Shown: piece after piece, positions 1-12,140 of the stretch
Numbering within the stretch: position 1 is the stretch's first letter
Layout: each line of letters starts with the position of its first letter
Assembly (NCBI GenBank): GCA_951406725.2
Contig: OX597821.1
Span: forward strand, 67,642,001 to 67,706,000
DNA: 64,000 nt
Source: Octopus vulgaris
Taxonomy: Eukaryota
Direction of reading: 5' to 3'
Notes under the pieces: generated by a model
What the model was told of the DNA's origin: nothing
The model's database searches: none
What the model saw: only the letters and a program-made list of their open reading frames with translations
Program-made: the position numbers and the translations under genes

Positions 1-850
1 AAGTTAATTATAGATTTAAATTAATTTTGATTCGTTTTCACCAGGCAAACCGCCAAATATTTCTGTAGAAAATGGGTAACAGTCGACTGAATTGAACTAA
101 GTTCATTGTTGGCTTCCTTGTTATTGCTCCTAAAGCGACAGAGAGCATAAAAGATAAAATGTAATATTTGTAGGTATAAAACTTAGAGGAAAGCCAAATT
201 TTTTTTTCTCTCTCTCTCTCTGCAGTTCGGTTAATCAGAGACATACACACATATACACAGAGACTCTAACTATTGAGAAAAGTTGAAATTGACAGTTTAA
301 TGTTCATACCTTTTTCATTAGGGATGTAAGTTAAGTGTCTTTAACTTAGAGACCAAAATATCGGAAAGGAGCAAAGATTTCCCTCTGCAGCAATAGATAA
401 ATTACTACGTTGGTACGTACCAGCACGGTGACAGCGGTTGCTGTTTAGGTTAACTCTAAACATCAAATTCAATCAAGACGAACCTAGAACCCAGCAGCAA
501 TATTTTTACCGTTTTACTTGTTACAGTGACCATCGACCATATTATTTATTGTATCTTTCTTTCTACGACGGTGGTGTAACTGGATTTGCAGGAGCATATA
601 GGTTTCTTTATTAAGCTACGCAGAGCCGAACATTGAGGGGACAATACAATGTAGAATTTTTCTTTTCGAAACCGATCAATAGGGATCGAGAACGTTTTGG
701 ATAACAAAGTGTCGTTTTAACTGCTGAAATTCTCAAAAGGGTAAAAAATAAAACACTGACCAGATTTATCCGTGGAAAATAAAGCATGCGGGAAAAAAAA
801 AAACACGGAATAAAAAACCATGAGAGCAAAGTACAATTTGTCTTTTTGTT

Positions 851-1380
851 CTATAGATTCATACTCAAAATGGGTTCGTCATTCATGCATACTATCCTTG
901 CTACATTCACCAACCTTTTACTGAAATTTTCATTCAACAAAACTTTCCTCTCTACTCTCATCTTCCTTTTCAAGTAATGCTTGAAAATGTTGAGGACAGG
1001 TTGGCCAGGGTAGAAGGTATTTGTCTTTAAGCCTTTCAAGCGAGTCCGCCATACACATTCTTTCGCCATAGCCACCAGTACGATGAAAACTGCGTTGCCT
1101 TCCCGGTTCACGGAAGGTGGCGGGGCAATATTTACGATAGACTCGGCTGACAACCGGATGCGGCCCACATGTGACAGCAGCTGTTTGACATAGTTCCACA
1201 GGTCTGAAATATTTGGACATTGCATCTCGGACAGGTCCTTTTGGTGTTTCTTGATCCGTGTCTGCAGACCTTATCTCGAACGGACAATGCTCCTTAATAG
1301 CACTGCCAGGTCAGGGATCTCTGGAAATTGTCCATAGATCCTGGCCCGAAAGTGGTTTTGAAGTGTTATATCATAATCCA
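851..1380 (-). mobile_element. L1/Tx1-like LINE ORF2 C-terminal fragment (decayed)
   Basis: ORF 851-1225 reads QCPNISDLWNYV...LVAMAKECVWRTRLKG, resembling the zf-RVT/C-terminal region of L1/Tx1 ORF2. A homologous copy lies at 11.7-12.1 kb. Confidence 0.65.
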
Positions 1381-1489
1381 TTACCGGCCATATTTTGAAA
1401 AGTTAGAACTAACGAAATCAAACGTTTTACTTATTACGTTGTTGCCAAGTAAAAAGTATATTAGATAAATGAACATAAATAATTAGGTT

Positions 1490-1539
<50 letters not shown>

Positions 1540-1542
<3 letters not shown>

Positions 1543-2090
1543 CAAAACGCTCCCCGTCCAATGGACAGTGCTGAATCATATTTGCTGAATAAAAAGGAAT
1601 CAGTGTTTTCTTTTCATTAAAAAATAATTAAGCATGCCTTTATTTCAATAAAATTTTTGGTTTTGTTAAATGAAATTAAGGCAAAAAAAACAGCTTCTTG
1701 AGAAACCAAATAGTTTTTCCTTCCTTCATGCCAAGTTTGAAGAAAATATCTGTTTCGCATCTTACTTTTTTGGTCTCTTAAATATACTGCATATTTTTGG
1801 CATAATTTCAAGCCAGCCGGCTTTTTTGCGCCAGCTGCACGTGCATTTTTCTCGCGTACGCGTAGTATCGATTGCAACAGCTGATGTACTTGCGCGTACA
1901 AATGCACGTTCCCACGGCTTTATCGATCACATTCTCACCTGGAATCGATATATGTAATTTTTTCGAGACTTATACACGCCCTGATACCGTCGGTATCTAC
2001 ATAACAAATTTGGGCACAATCGGATGGAGGATGCCCGAGATCCTAGAAGACACACACAGACAGACAGAACTGATTTTATATAATAAATAT
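1540..2090. mobile_element. Non-autonomous Helitron-like/unknown repeat between (TA)n tracts
   Basis: Ends in aaatttgggcacaatcggatggagg...acagacagacagaac...tttatata, a layout typical of non-autonomous Helitron-like repeats. A similar ending occurs at ~2860-2890. Confidence 0.35.
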
Positions 2091-2251
2091 ATATATATAT
2101 TATAAAGTTTTTTTTCTGTAATGAGATAAAAAGCTAATGCTGTGTAGATTTTAGAACATTTATAAATACAGCTATTTCTAGGATATTTATGATATCCCTT
2201 CATCGGAGACGGTGTGAGAAGATAGTTAAGCAATAGTTAATTTAGAGAAGA

Positions 2252-2528
2252 TACGCCAGTCCATCGCAGCGTTACTCAAGAAACAGGAAGATAGAGTGAG
2301 AGAAAGTTGGGGCGAAAGAGTACAACAGGGGTCGCCACCACCCCCTGCCGGGGCCTCGTGGAGCTTTAGGTGTTTTCGCTCAATAAACACACACAACGCC
2401 CGGTCTGGGAATCGAAATCAGTAAGTACTAGGCTTACTAAGAATAAGTCCCTAGGGTCGATTTGCTCGACTAAAGGCAGGGCTGCAGCATGGTCACTGTC
2501 AAATGACTGAAACAAGTAACAGAGAGTA
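2252..2528. mobile_element. Partial SINE-B (minus, 2252-2418) joined to a SINE-A 3' tail (plus, 2419-2528)
   Basis: The first part matches the reverse complement of the SINE-B body. From taagtactaggcttac to gactgaaacaagtaa it matches the SINE-A tail. Confidence 0.8.
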
Positions 2529-2633
2529 AATATATATGGTGATTATCATTGTCTCGAACTCTGATCGTTCTCGCCACAGGACAATTTCCGGCCTAATAGA
2601 AAGACAGAAAGATAAATAGAGGAAAGAGAGAGA

Positions 2634-2682
<49 letters not shown>

Positions 2683-2883
2683 CGAGAGAGAGACAGAGAA
2701 AGAGAGAGAGATTGAAGGGTGTCGATTCTTTGAAAATTTTGGCAGTTTAGCTCTGGTCACACCATCATCATCATTATCATCACCATAGTTAAAGTGTGAA
2801 AGTGGACAAAACACCCACGCTTATAAATTAGATGGTGACTCAATTATGTTATGTGTGACAAACAGACAAAAAGACAGAAACTC

Positions 2884-2967
<84 letters not shown>

Positions 2968-3377
2968 TCCTATCTTGAACTTGTTATGAAAGAATTAACG
3001 ATCTAAAATCGTGTGCTGAAACTAATATTGTTATATTTGGAAGGTGTCGAATTATTAAGTTCTGTAGGGTAGACACTCTCACAAATTTTGTTGTTGTTTA
3101 AGGATTTTATTATTTATATGTTTTTAGCTACATTTTGTGTATTTTTCACTTTCACTTGAAAAGAAAAGCAAAAATTTCATAGGTGTTTTACGCTTGCTTT
3201 TAAACGCTTAAACTATGATTCTTCTCAAATTATGGATCAATCTCGTGGTTTTCCAAATCCGTTTCGTCCCTGCAAGTTAAATATTTGTTATAAGGATGAA
3301 ATACCCTTATAGTTCGTTTCTATAGTTCATTTTAAATATATATATATATATATGATGAAGCACTGGAAATATTTTCC

Positions 3378-3496
3378 TCGTATGACCATATCACGTTGAA
3401 AGCACCGATTCTCGTCCGATCACCGAAGTTAAGCAACGTCAAGCCTAGCTAGTACTTAGATGGGTGACCGCTTGGGAAACCTAGGTGCTGTAAGCA
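3378..3496 (+). rRNA. 5S rRNA: 5S rRNA gene copy, probably a pseudogene
   Basis: 119-nt match to metazoan 5S: gaccatatcacgttgaaagcacc...cgatcaccgaagttaagcaacg...agtacttagatgggtgaccgcttgggaaacctaggtgctgtaagc. Box A and box C are recognisable and CCTAG/CTAGG pair. A T6 terminator lies at 3504-3509. Helix I has about 3 mismatches at the 5' end. Confidence 0.9.
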
Positions 3497-3509
3497 TCAC
3501 ACATTTTTT

Positions 3510-3711
3510 GGCGTAGGAGTGGATGTCTGGTAAGTAGCTTGCTTACAAACCACATGGTTACGGGTTCAGTCCCACTGCGTGGTACGTTGGGCAAGTGTCT
3601 TCTACTAGAACCTCGGGCCGACCAAAGCCTTGTGAATGGATTTGGTAAACGGAAACTGAAAGAATCCCGTCATATATATGTATATATGTGCATATATGTG
3701 TATGTATATAT

Positions 3712-3751
<40 letters not shown>

Positions 3752-3962
3752 CTTTGTGTGTCTGTGTTTGTCCCCCCAAAATCGCTTGACAACCGATGGT
3801 GGTGTGTTTATGTCCCCGTAACTGAGCGGTTCGGCAAAAGCGAGCGACAGAACAAGTACTAGGCTTCCAAAGAATAAGCCCTAGGGTCGATCTGGTCGAC
3901 TAAAGGTGGTACTCCTGCATGGCCACAGTCCAATGATTGAAACAAGTAAAAGAGTAAAAGAG
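3510..3962 (+). mobile_element. SINE-A, full length (tRNA-derived head, internal TA/TG microsatellite, gtaaaaga-repeat tail)
   Basis: A-box-like tggatgtctggtaag, B-box-like gggttcagtccc, core ttgggcaagtgtc. About 10 related copies in the window. Confidence 0.9.
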
Positions 3963-4266
3963 AAAAAAAGTATTAAGATGAATTCAAGGGGAAGACACGT
4001 ATATACACTAACATATAAACACGCACATGCACAAACACGTATACACATACACATATATATATGTGTGTATTTTATGTGTGTTGTGTGTATGTGTGTGTGA
4101 GTTCATATAAACAAGGCTTACACATACAAAATAAAGTACAAAACACAAGTGAAAGTAGTATTTTTTCAACATTTTCTCTGTAGATTACTAAGTCTATCCC
4201 CAAGTGTGATGTAAACAAACTCTGAATTACAATTTCCACTGTAATCTGGTCATCAAATAAAGAAAT

Positions 4267-4330
<64 letters not shown>

Positions 4331-4402
4331 CTTATATATATATATATATACATATATATATTTATATATATATACACACACAAATATATATGAATACATA
4401 TA

Positions 4403-5352
<950 letters not shown>

Positions 5353-5974
5353 TCAGTTGCACTAACAAATATAAGTAGTGAGCATGCGCAAAAGAAAACC
5401 TCCGAGCGATTTTATCGATCTCTATATTTCGCTGAACAACGTTTAGGTCAGCAGAAACTAAAATTAATTTGCGAAAGAACATAACTAAATCCTATAGTAC
5501 AGTGCACTAGCCTCGTCTACACTTAGTCATATGTTGCTTTTAAACATTTATATACATCTAAAATCTGCAAATATCGTGATGTGAATGAGTCGATTTTCAA
5601 ATGATAATTGTTTTATCGATTCCAGAGTTATGCAATTGTATATCAATTTAAGCTTGAATCGCGAAGTCTGATAACCAATGAGATCCAGCTGAAGGTTATA
5701 TTCTGTCATAAGTATAAGCATACAAAGTTTATGCTGTTCCTATGCATAATACTACAACGTACCGTCATTTACTGCTAGATTTTTATGATGGTACTGCAAG
5801 TACAAAACTATTACCTTATAGAGGGTTATTTACATCTTCAATCAGTGTTTATCATTCACCTAATACGAAACACACCACTAACACGCATCCCACCTCGAAA
5901 TTAAAGCACAAACTTCTTTACCATGATAACCCAACCATCTTTTGTTCGAAGCTACTTGTGAATATAATCAGAGA

Positions 5975-6405
5975 AGCAAATAATTTGTGGAAAAAGGACA
6001 GTAAATTTAATCGATTTCGAAGATTTTCTAGTACTTAATTTTATCGACCCAGCCAATTAAAAGACATAGTTCGCCTCGTTGGGATTTTGGACTCAAACCA
6101 TAAAGAAAATTAACTAATTATTACTACATGTTTATTCGACGTTGCCATCCACTGCTTGGTCAATGATGTCATCTACTACTTTACTATATTATTACTATAA
6201 AATTTTGGCACAAGACCAGTATTTTGGGGAAGGACTAATTCGATTGCATGAACTGCAGTATTCAAATGGTACTTATTTTATCGTTCCTGAGATGATGAAA
6301 GGCAAAGTCGACTTCGGTGGATTGAACTTAGAACGTAAGGCCGGACGGAATACCGCTTAGCATTTTGCTCGGCATGCTAAGAATTCTGCCAGCTCGTAGC
6401 CTTAA
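5975..6405 (-). mobile_element. Two degenerate SINE-C copies
   Basis: aaggcaaagtcgacttcggtgga...gcttagcattttgctcggcatgctaagaattctgccagctcg matches the SINE-C copy at 18986-19210. Confidence 0.7.
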
Positions 6406-7228
6406 CTTTATTATATTATTAACAACAGAAAGTATTTATATTTGTTTTCCAATGTTTTCGATGTGAACTCATGTGTTGAAACAAAATTTGTTTTATCTCC
6501 GAAGGGTCATTATGCCAATAATAAACACACACACTGATTTATTTCATTTCTTTTACTAGTCAATTTGTTTAAATAATGGCTCAGTCTACCAATCAATCAG
6601 TTGTAATTGTTAAATTCCTTTCGCTACCTTCCGCAAACTCATCTATGATATGCATTCCATATTCACGGAATCTTTCAGCCCTCAAGCTGACTTAGAGTAA
6701 ATAAAAGTAAATTGAAGGGAATTTGTAAACCAAGCAGAATTCCCTATGCAGGTATATAATGCTACATTTTTGGCATAACCGATGAATTAATTGGAAACTG
6801 AAGAACAGAAAAACAGAACGCTGTTTAACTCGGTCTTACCGATGCCTCGGCCAGTTTGTCAAAACTTATGGAGGATATCAAAGGTTTTCACCACCACCAG
6901 CACTCACAAAAATCATCCTTCAGTTCAGTCTATTCACTTCGAGCATGACCACAGCCGCCAGGCTGAAACGATTAAAAGAGTAAAAGAGTAAATACCGTAT
7001 TTAATAAGAAAAAAAATACGTACGGGCATAGTGGATACTCCCAATTTCAGCAGTACATATTCTGGGGAAAGAGCGCCAGGGACAAAATTTGCTTATGAGA
7101 GACACAATTTCACTCAGAAATCATAGAGATATTTTGATATATTTTAAGGAGAAAAGAAAGTGTCTTATATACCATCAAATTCGCTATGTATGTAATATAA
7201 ATATGTATTTTTAATATATAGGGCACAA

Positions 7229-7605
7229 AAGGCGGTCGTTGAATCGTTGGCACGTCGGTCGCAACGCTTAGCAGTATTCCGTCTGTCTTTACGTCCTGAG
7301 TTCAAAATTCGCTGAGATTGGCTTTGCCTTTCAGACTTCCGAATCTATGAAATACGTACCAGTAGAGGACTGACGTCGATCTAATCGACTTAGCCCTTCA
7401 CGTGAAATTGCTGGCTTTATGCTAAAAGTTGAAGCCGATGTCTACTGTACATAAGGCGGTGAAATGGCAGAATCGTGAACAGGGTAGACAAAATGCTTAG
7501 TGGCATGCCGTTTGCCTTTAGGTTCTGAGTTCAGATTCCGCAGTCGATAAAATAAGTATTATTTTCCCCAAAATTACTGGTCTCTCACCAGAATTTGAAA
7601 CCAAT
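7229..7605 (+). mobile_element. Two tandem degenerate SINE-C copies
   Basis: Heads aaggcggtcgttgaatcgtt and aaggcggtgaaatggcagaatcg, each followed by a tgagttca B-box-like motif. Confidence 0.7.
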
Positions 7606-7735
7606 ATATGCTGTACATTATTAACCGTATTCTTTTATGCTAAGAATTTTCTTCCGATTATAAAACACCGGAAGTATTCGAAAGAAACGTTAGAATTAAA
7701 ATATGGCTGCAGGTTTGACTCATTTTCTTACTTAC

Positions 7736-7816
7736 CGGCGAAAGTAAGAACTTGATCATTTGAGTCAGATATCTTAACAAGATTGCTGACACGTGACAGT
7801 AGGTGTGACCATGTGA
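7736..7816 (-). other. Candidate exon (unverified)
   Basis: Minus-strand donor CCG|GTAAGT at 7736/7735, with a pyrimidine-rich ...ccacgttcTAG acceptor 81 nt upstream. Alternatively a first exon with ATG at 7759 (MIKFLLSP). Confidence 0.3.
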
Positions 7817-7954
7817 CTAGAACGTGGAGATAATTGAAGGATGAAGCATGATACACGACGAAGGTAAGTAGGGGGATATCCGGATGAGGAAGTGTTGTAT
7901 TGTGTTAAGTAGAGGTATTCGGGTGCTCGCAGCCGCAACAGCAGCATCACTGGT

Positions 7955-7974
7955 ATTATTATTATTATTATTAT

Positions 7975-8025
<51 letters not shown>

Positions 8026-8063
8026 CAGCAGCAGCAGCTGCTGCTGCTGCTGCTGCTGCAGCT

Positions 8064-8124
<61 letters not shown>

Positions 8125-8294
8125 GTGGTTGCAGCAGCAGCAGCAGCAACAGCAGTAGTAGTAGTAGTAGTAGTAGTAGTAGCAGCAGCAGTAGCAGCGG
8201 CATGGTCCGAGTTGAGTCACATCTTTGATGCATTGTGGTGAGAAATACATTTATAGACACGGGTGAATAAGAAAATGCACTACTGTTACTGTGG

Positions 8295-8331
<37 letters not shown>

Positions 8332-8372
8332 AACTACTACTACTAGTACTGCTGCTTCTGCTGCTGCTGCTA
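7955..8372. repeat. Compound trinucleotide repeats (ATT)(AGT)(AGC/GCT) and (ACT)
   Basis: Read directly from the sequence. Confidence 0.95.
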
Positions 8373-8569
8373 CTAACAAAGGTAATAAGCACAGCAAGGA
8401 CAAAGATTGAATTTCCGCGGCAAGGACGGCTACTATTCTATATACACATTTACAGATACACAAATACATACATATTTTACATACATACACACGTAAATGT
8501 GTTGTATTTCGAATGTTTGTGTGCCTATACGTGTGTGTATGCATATATATATGTATATATGTATATAAG

Positions 8570-8600
<31 letters not shown>

Positions 8601-8608
8601 GTGTATAC

Positions 8609-8677
<69 letters not shown>

Positions 8678-8917
8678 AGTACGTATGTATGTTTATTTTA
8701 TGTGTATTGTTCCTTCAGTCCTTCCCCTTTTACAAACATAAATATGGATCCTAATAAAATCATTCCAGTGATGTGACGGAAAAAACAATACTTTAAAAGT
8801 TAAGGCTGGATTCATAATCATTTCGATTCACGTACTTATAAAAACTCTACTTTGTGGCATATAAAGATAATATTAATATAATCATTATAATTATATTATT
8901 ATTTCTAATAAATAAGA

Positions 8918-8965
<48 letters not shown>

Positions 8966-9494
8966 TACAAAAATATACGAATACAGAAACCATTATCATT
9001 GTTATTTACTTTTGTTGTTGTGGTTGGTGTTGTTTTTATTGCCGTTGTTATTGTTGGAGAAAGAAAAAAGCTAAGAATGTATATTAATGTTGTTGTCATT
9101 ACTATTGCTGTTGTTTCTGGATCACAGAAGCTAATGTCATAGAAATGGCGCCAGCTTCCTCTCTGTATATCGACCTTTCACCTGAAATTTGAACAATTGC
9201 TAACTTCTGTGGCCCGACAACACATAATTATGAGACTGCTTGGAATGAGTTATACATATAAATATATATTTGTATGTATGTATGTATGTATGTATGCATG
9301 TATGTATGTGTGTATGTATGTATGTATGTATGTATGTATGTATGTATGTATGTATGTATGTATGTATGTATGTATGTATGAATGTATGTATGTGTGTATT
9401 TATAAATGCATGTATGTATGAACATAAGTATGTATATATATAATATACGCATATATATATATATGTATGTATACGTATGTATGCATGTATATAC

Positions 9495-9530
<36 letters not shown>

Positions 9531-9648
9531 TTATATATATATAAACATATATGTATATGTATGTATACAGGCGAGAGAGAATGGTGATGGAGAATGATGG
9601 AGAATTACATCTAGACGTTGTGCGCGTGCGTATGTGTGTGTACTTATT

Positions 9649-9689
<41 letters not shown>

Positions 9690-9704
9690 TTATGTATATA
9701 TATA

Positions 9705-9767
<63 letters not shown>

Positions 9768-10060
9768 ACACATATGTGTGCGCGTGTGCGTATGTCTGTG
9801 TCTGTGTGTGTCTGTGTATATATGTGCAGAAGTATATATGTATGCGTGTGCATGTCTGCCCATGTGCGTCAATGTCTTTGAGAGAGGCAATACGCAGAGA
9901 TAAATATAGCAACATTTTGAACCAAAAACAAAAGGAAAAGCTCTGATCTTGTTGCTTTGAAAGCTGTTGTTTGTTTCACAAAGATGTTTAAAACAATATT
10001 AAAAATACACCACCAGCGATATTTATTATTATAATAGCCACAAATATATATCTGCATTTA

Positions 10061-10114
<54 letters not shown>

Positions 10115-10115
<1 letters not shown>

Positions 10116-10194
10116 CATACCCAAGGCACACAGAGCTGCGCTCGGTAGTGAAGTGAAAGCACGCTAAAAAAAAAATTTAAAAAAAAACTACTGA
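10115..10194 (+). mobile_element. Extreme 3' fragment of an R4/Dong-like LINE in (TAA)n
   Basis: acatacccaaggcacacagagctgcgctcggtagtgaagtgaaagcacgcta is identical to the 3' UTR of the copy at 10817-11234. Confidence 0.85.
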
Positions 10195-10284
10195 ATAATA
10201 ATAATAACGACAACAACAAAAGCAACAACAACAACAACAATAATAATAATAATAATTTAATAATAATAATAATAATAATATTTC

Positions 10285-10674
10285 ACTCTTTTACTTGTTT
10301 CAGTCATTTGACTGTGGCCATGCTGGAGCACCGCCTTTTATTCGAGCAAATCGAACCCAGGACTCATTTTTTGTAAGCCTAGTACTTATTCTATCGGTTT
10401 CTTTTGCCGAACCCCTAAGTTAGGGGGACGTAAACACACCAGCATGGGTTGTCAAGCGATGTTGGTAGGGACAAACACAGACACACAAACACACACACAT
10501 ATACATATATACGCTGGGCTTCTTTCAGTTTTCGTCTACCAAATCCACTCACAAGGTTATGGTCGGGCCGAGGCTATAGTAAATGACACTTGCCCAAGGT
10601 GCCACGCAGTAGGACTGAACCCGGAACCATGTGGTTGATAAGCAAGCTACTTACCACACAACCACTCCTGCGCC

Positions 10675-10675
<1 letters not shown>
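10285..10675 (-). mobile_element. SINE-A, full length, inside an (AAT)n array
   Basis: Reverse complement of SINE-A head and tail. Confidence 0.9.
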
Positions 10676-10725
<50 letters not shown>

Positions 10726-10729
10726 TAAC

Positions 10730-10804
<75 letters not shown>

Positions 10805-10816
10805 AAGAAGAAGAAG

Positions 10817-11234
10817 AATATTCAGAGATCATGAAGAAGATCATGAAGAAGAAAAAATGCTTTCTAATTGATGTATCAATACCGGCAGATGACAACGTGT
10901 CTCTAAAAGAAATGGAGAAACTCTCAAAATACAAAGACCTGGAAATAGAGGTAACTAGAATGTGGAACCTGAAAACAGAAACAATTCCTATCATAGTAGG
11001 TGCATTAGGCATGATAAAAAAATATTCAGACAAATACATAACAAAAACACCAGGACTTACAAACACATATAACATACAGAAAATTGCACTACTAGGCACT
11101 GCACACATCCTACGCAGAACACTTTCCATGCAATAACCATCAGAGCATCACAACAAATCACAGCACATACCCAAGGCACACAGAGCTGCGCTCGGTAGTG
11201 AAGTGAAAGCACGCTATAAAAATAAAACTACTGA
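10817..11234 (+). mobile_element. 5'-truncated R4/Dong-like LINE (restriction-like endonuclease C-terminus plus 3' UTR)
   Basis: CFLIDVSIPADDNVSLKEMEKLSKYKDL...IPIIVGALG...QKIALLGTAHILRRTL are RLE-domain motifs of the R4 clade. The element is flanked by (TAA)n, the known Dong target. Confidence 0.9.
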
Positions 11235-11239
11235 ATAAA

Positions 11240-11290
<51 letters not shown>

Positions 11291-11329
11291 AAATAAATAA
11301 ATAAATAAATAAATTGATGCAGTACATTG

Positions 11330-11612
11330 CAGTACATGGCTGATTGGAAGTGCTACCATGTCTTGGTATAAATATGGGCTAAAGCAAATATTCCGCTCAA
11401 TACTATAGAATGCTAAGTGGGCTCCACCTCCAAGGTTATCCGCTGTTAATCTTGACATAAGGTCACCATGTCGTGCATATAAATCTGTGATGCATGTGCC
11501 TGGTGTACCATTTTCAGACTGATAGTCATGATGGGTATACTGGGCTTCGAATATTTTACCTCAGTGTCACTTCAATGGCATGCACTGCTCTCTCACTCAA
11601 TAATAATAATAA
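11330..11612 (+). mobile_element. Unclassified retroposon 3' end terminating in (TAA)n; second copy at ~12250-12453
   Basis: Both copies share atgtgcctggtgt...gatagtcatg(a/g)tgggtata...actcaataataat. Confidence 0.55.
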
Positions 11613-12140
11613 TTTGTTTATTAGCCACGGAAGGCTTACAGGGATAAATATATTAAGGACTGTATAGACGACACAGAGCGGCATAGTGTGGGTTTTAGCA
11701 CGAAAAAAGTCATGGAAGAAATAAAACAAATTAAAACAAATTAAATTGCCCAATGGGAGAGGGGCTTCCGAGGGTAACACATGGAGAAAGTTCACAAAAT
11801 CTTTTGTCACCTTGACCGTCAGGGTGTTCTCTCCCAGTCTTTCCTCTGCAATCTTTTGACCCATTCATCTGGTCGATCCTCACTTCTCGTACACACCTTT
11901 CAACAAACTGCTTGGAAGACACTTCTCTCTCCACCTTGATTTTCTTCTTTAAGTGAAACCTGTAACAGTTTATCAGGGTTTCGCCTGAAAGAAAAGTGCT
12001 GATCTTTAGCCCTTTTAGACGTGTCCACAACACGACCTGTTTCTTCATGGCCATCAGGCAGATAAAATCGGCTTGCTCTACCCAGCTAAAGGAAGGCAGC
12101 GCGACTATCTTCATGATGAACTCAGCTGATAAGAACATAT
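11613..12140 (-). mobile_element. L1/Tx1-like LINE 3' end with UTR
   Basis: FICLMAMKKQVVLWTRLKGLK is homologous to the 851-1225 ORF. The UTR ends tgtaagccttccgtggctaataaacaaat. Confidence 0.65.

Noticed and set aside
7774-8392. Poly-Ala/Leu/Gln/Thr ORFs as a signal-peptide or homopolymer protein
   Set aside because: They are open on both strands only because of triplet repeats, and they stop before the splice donor.
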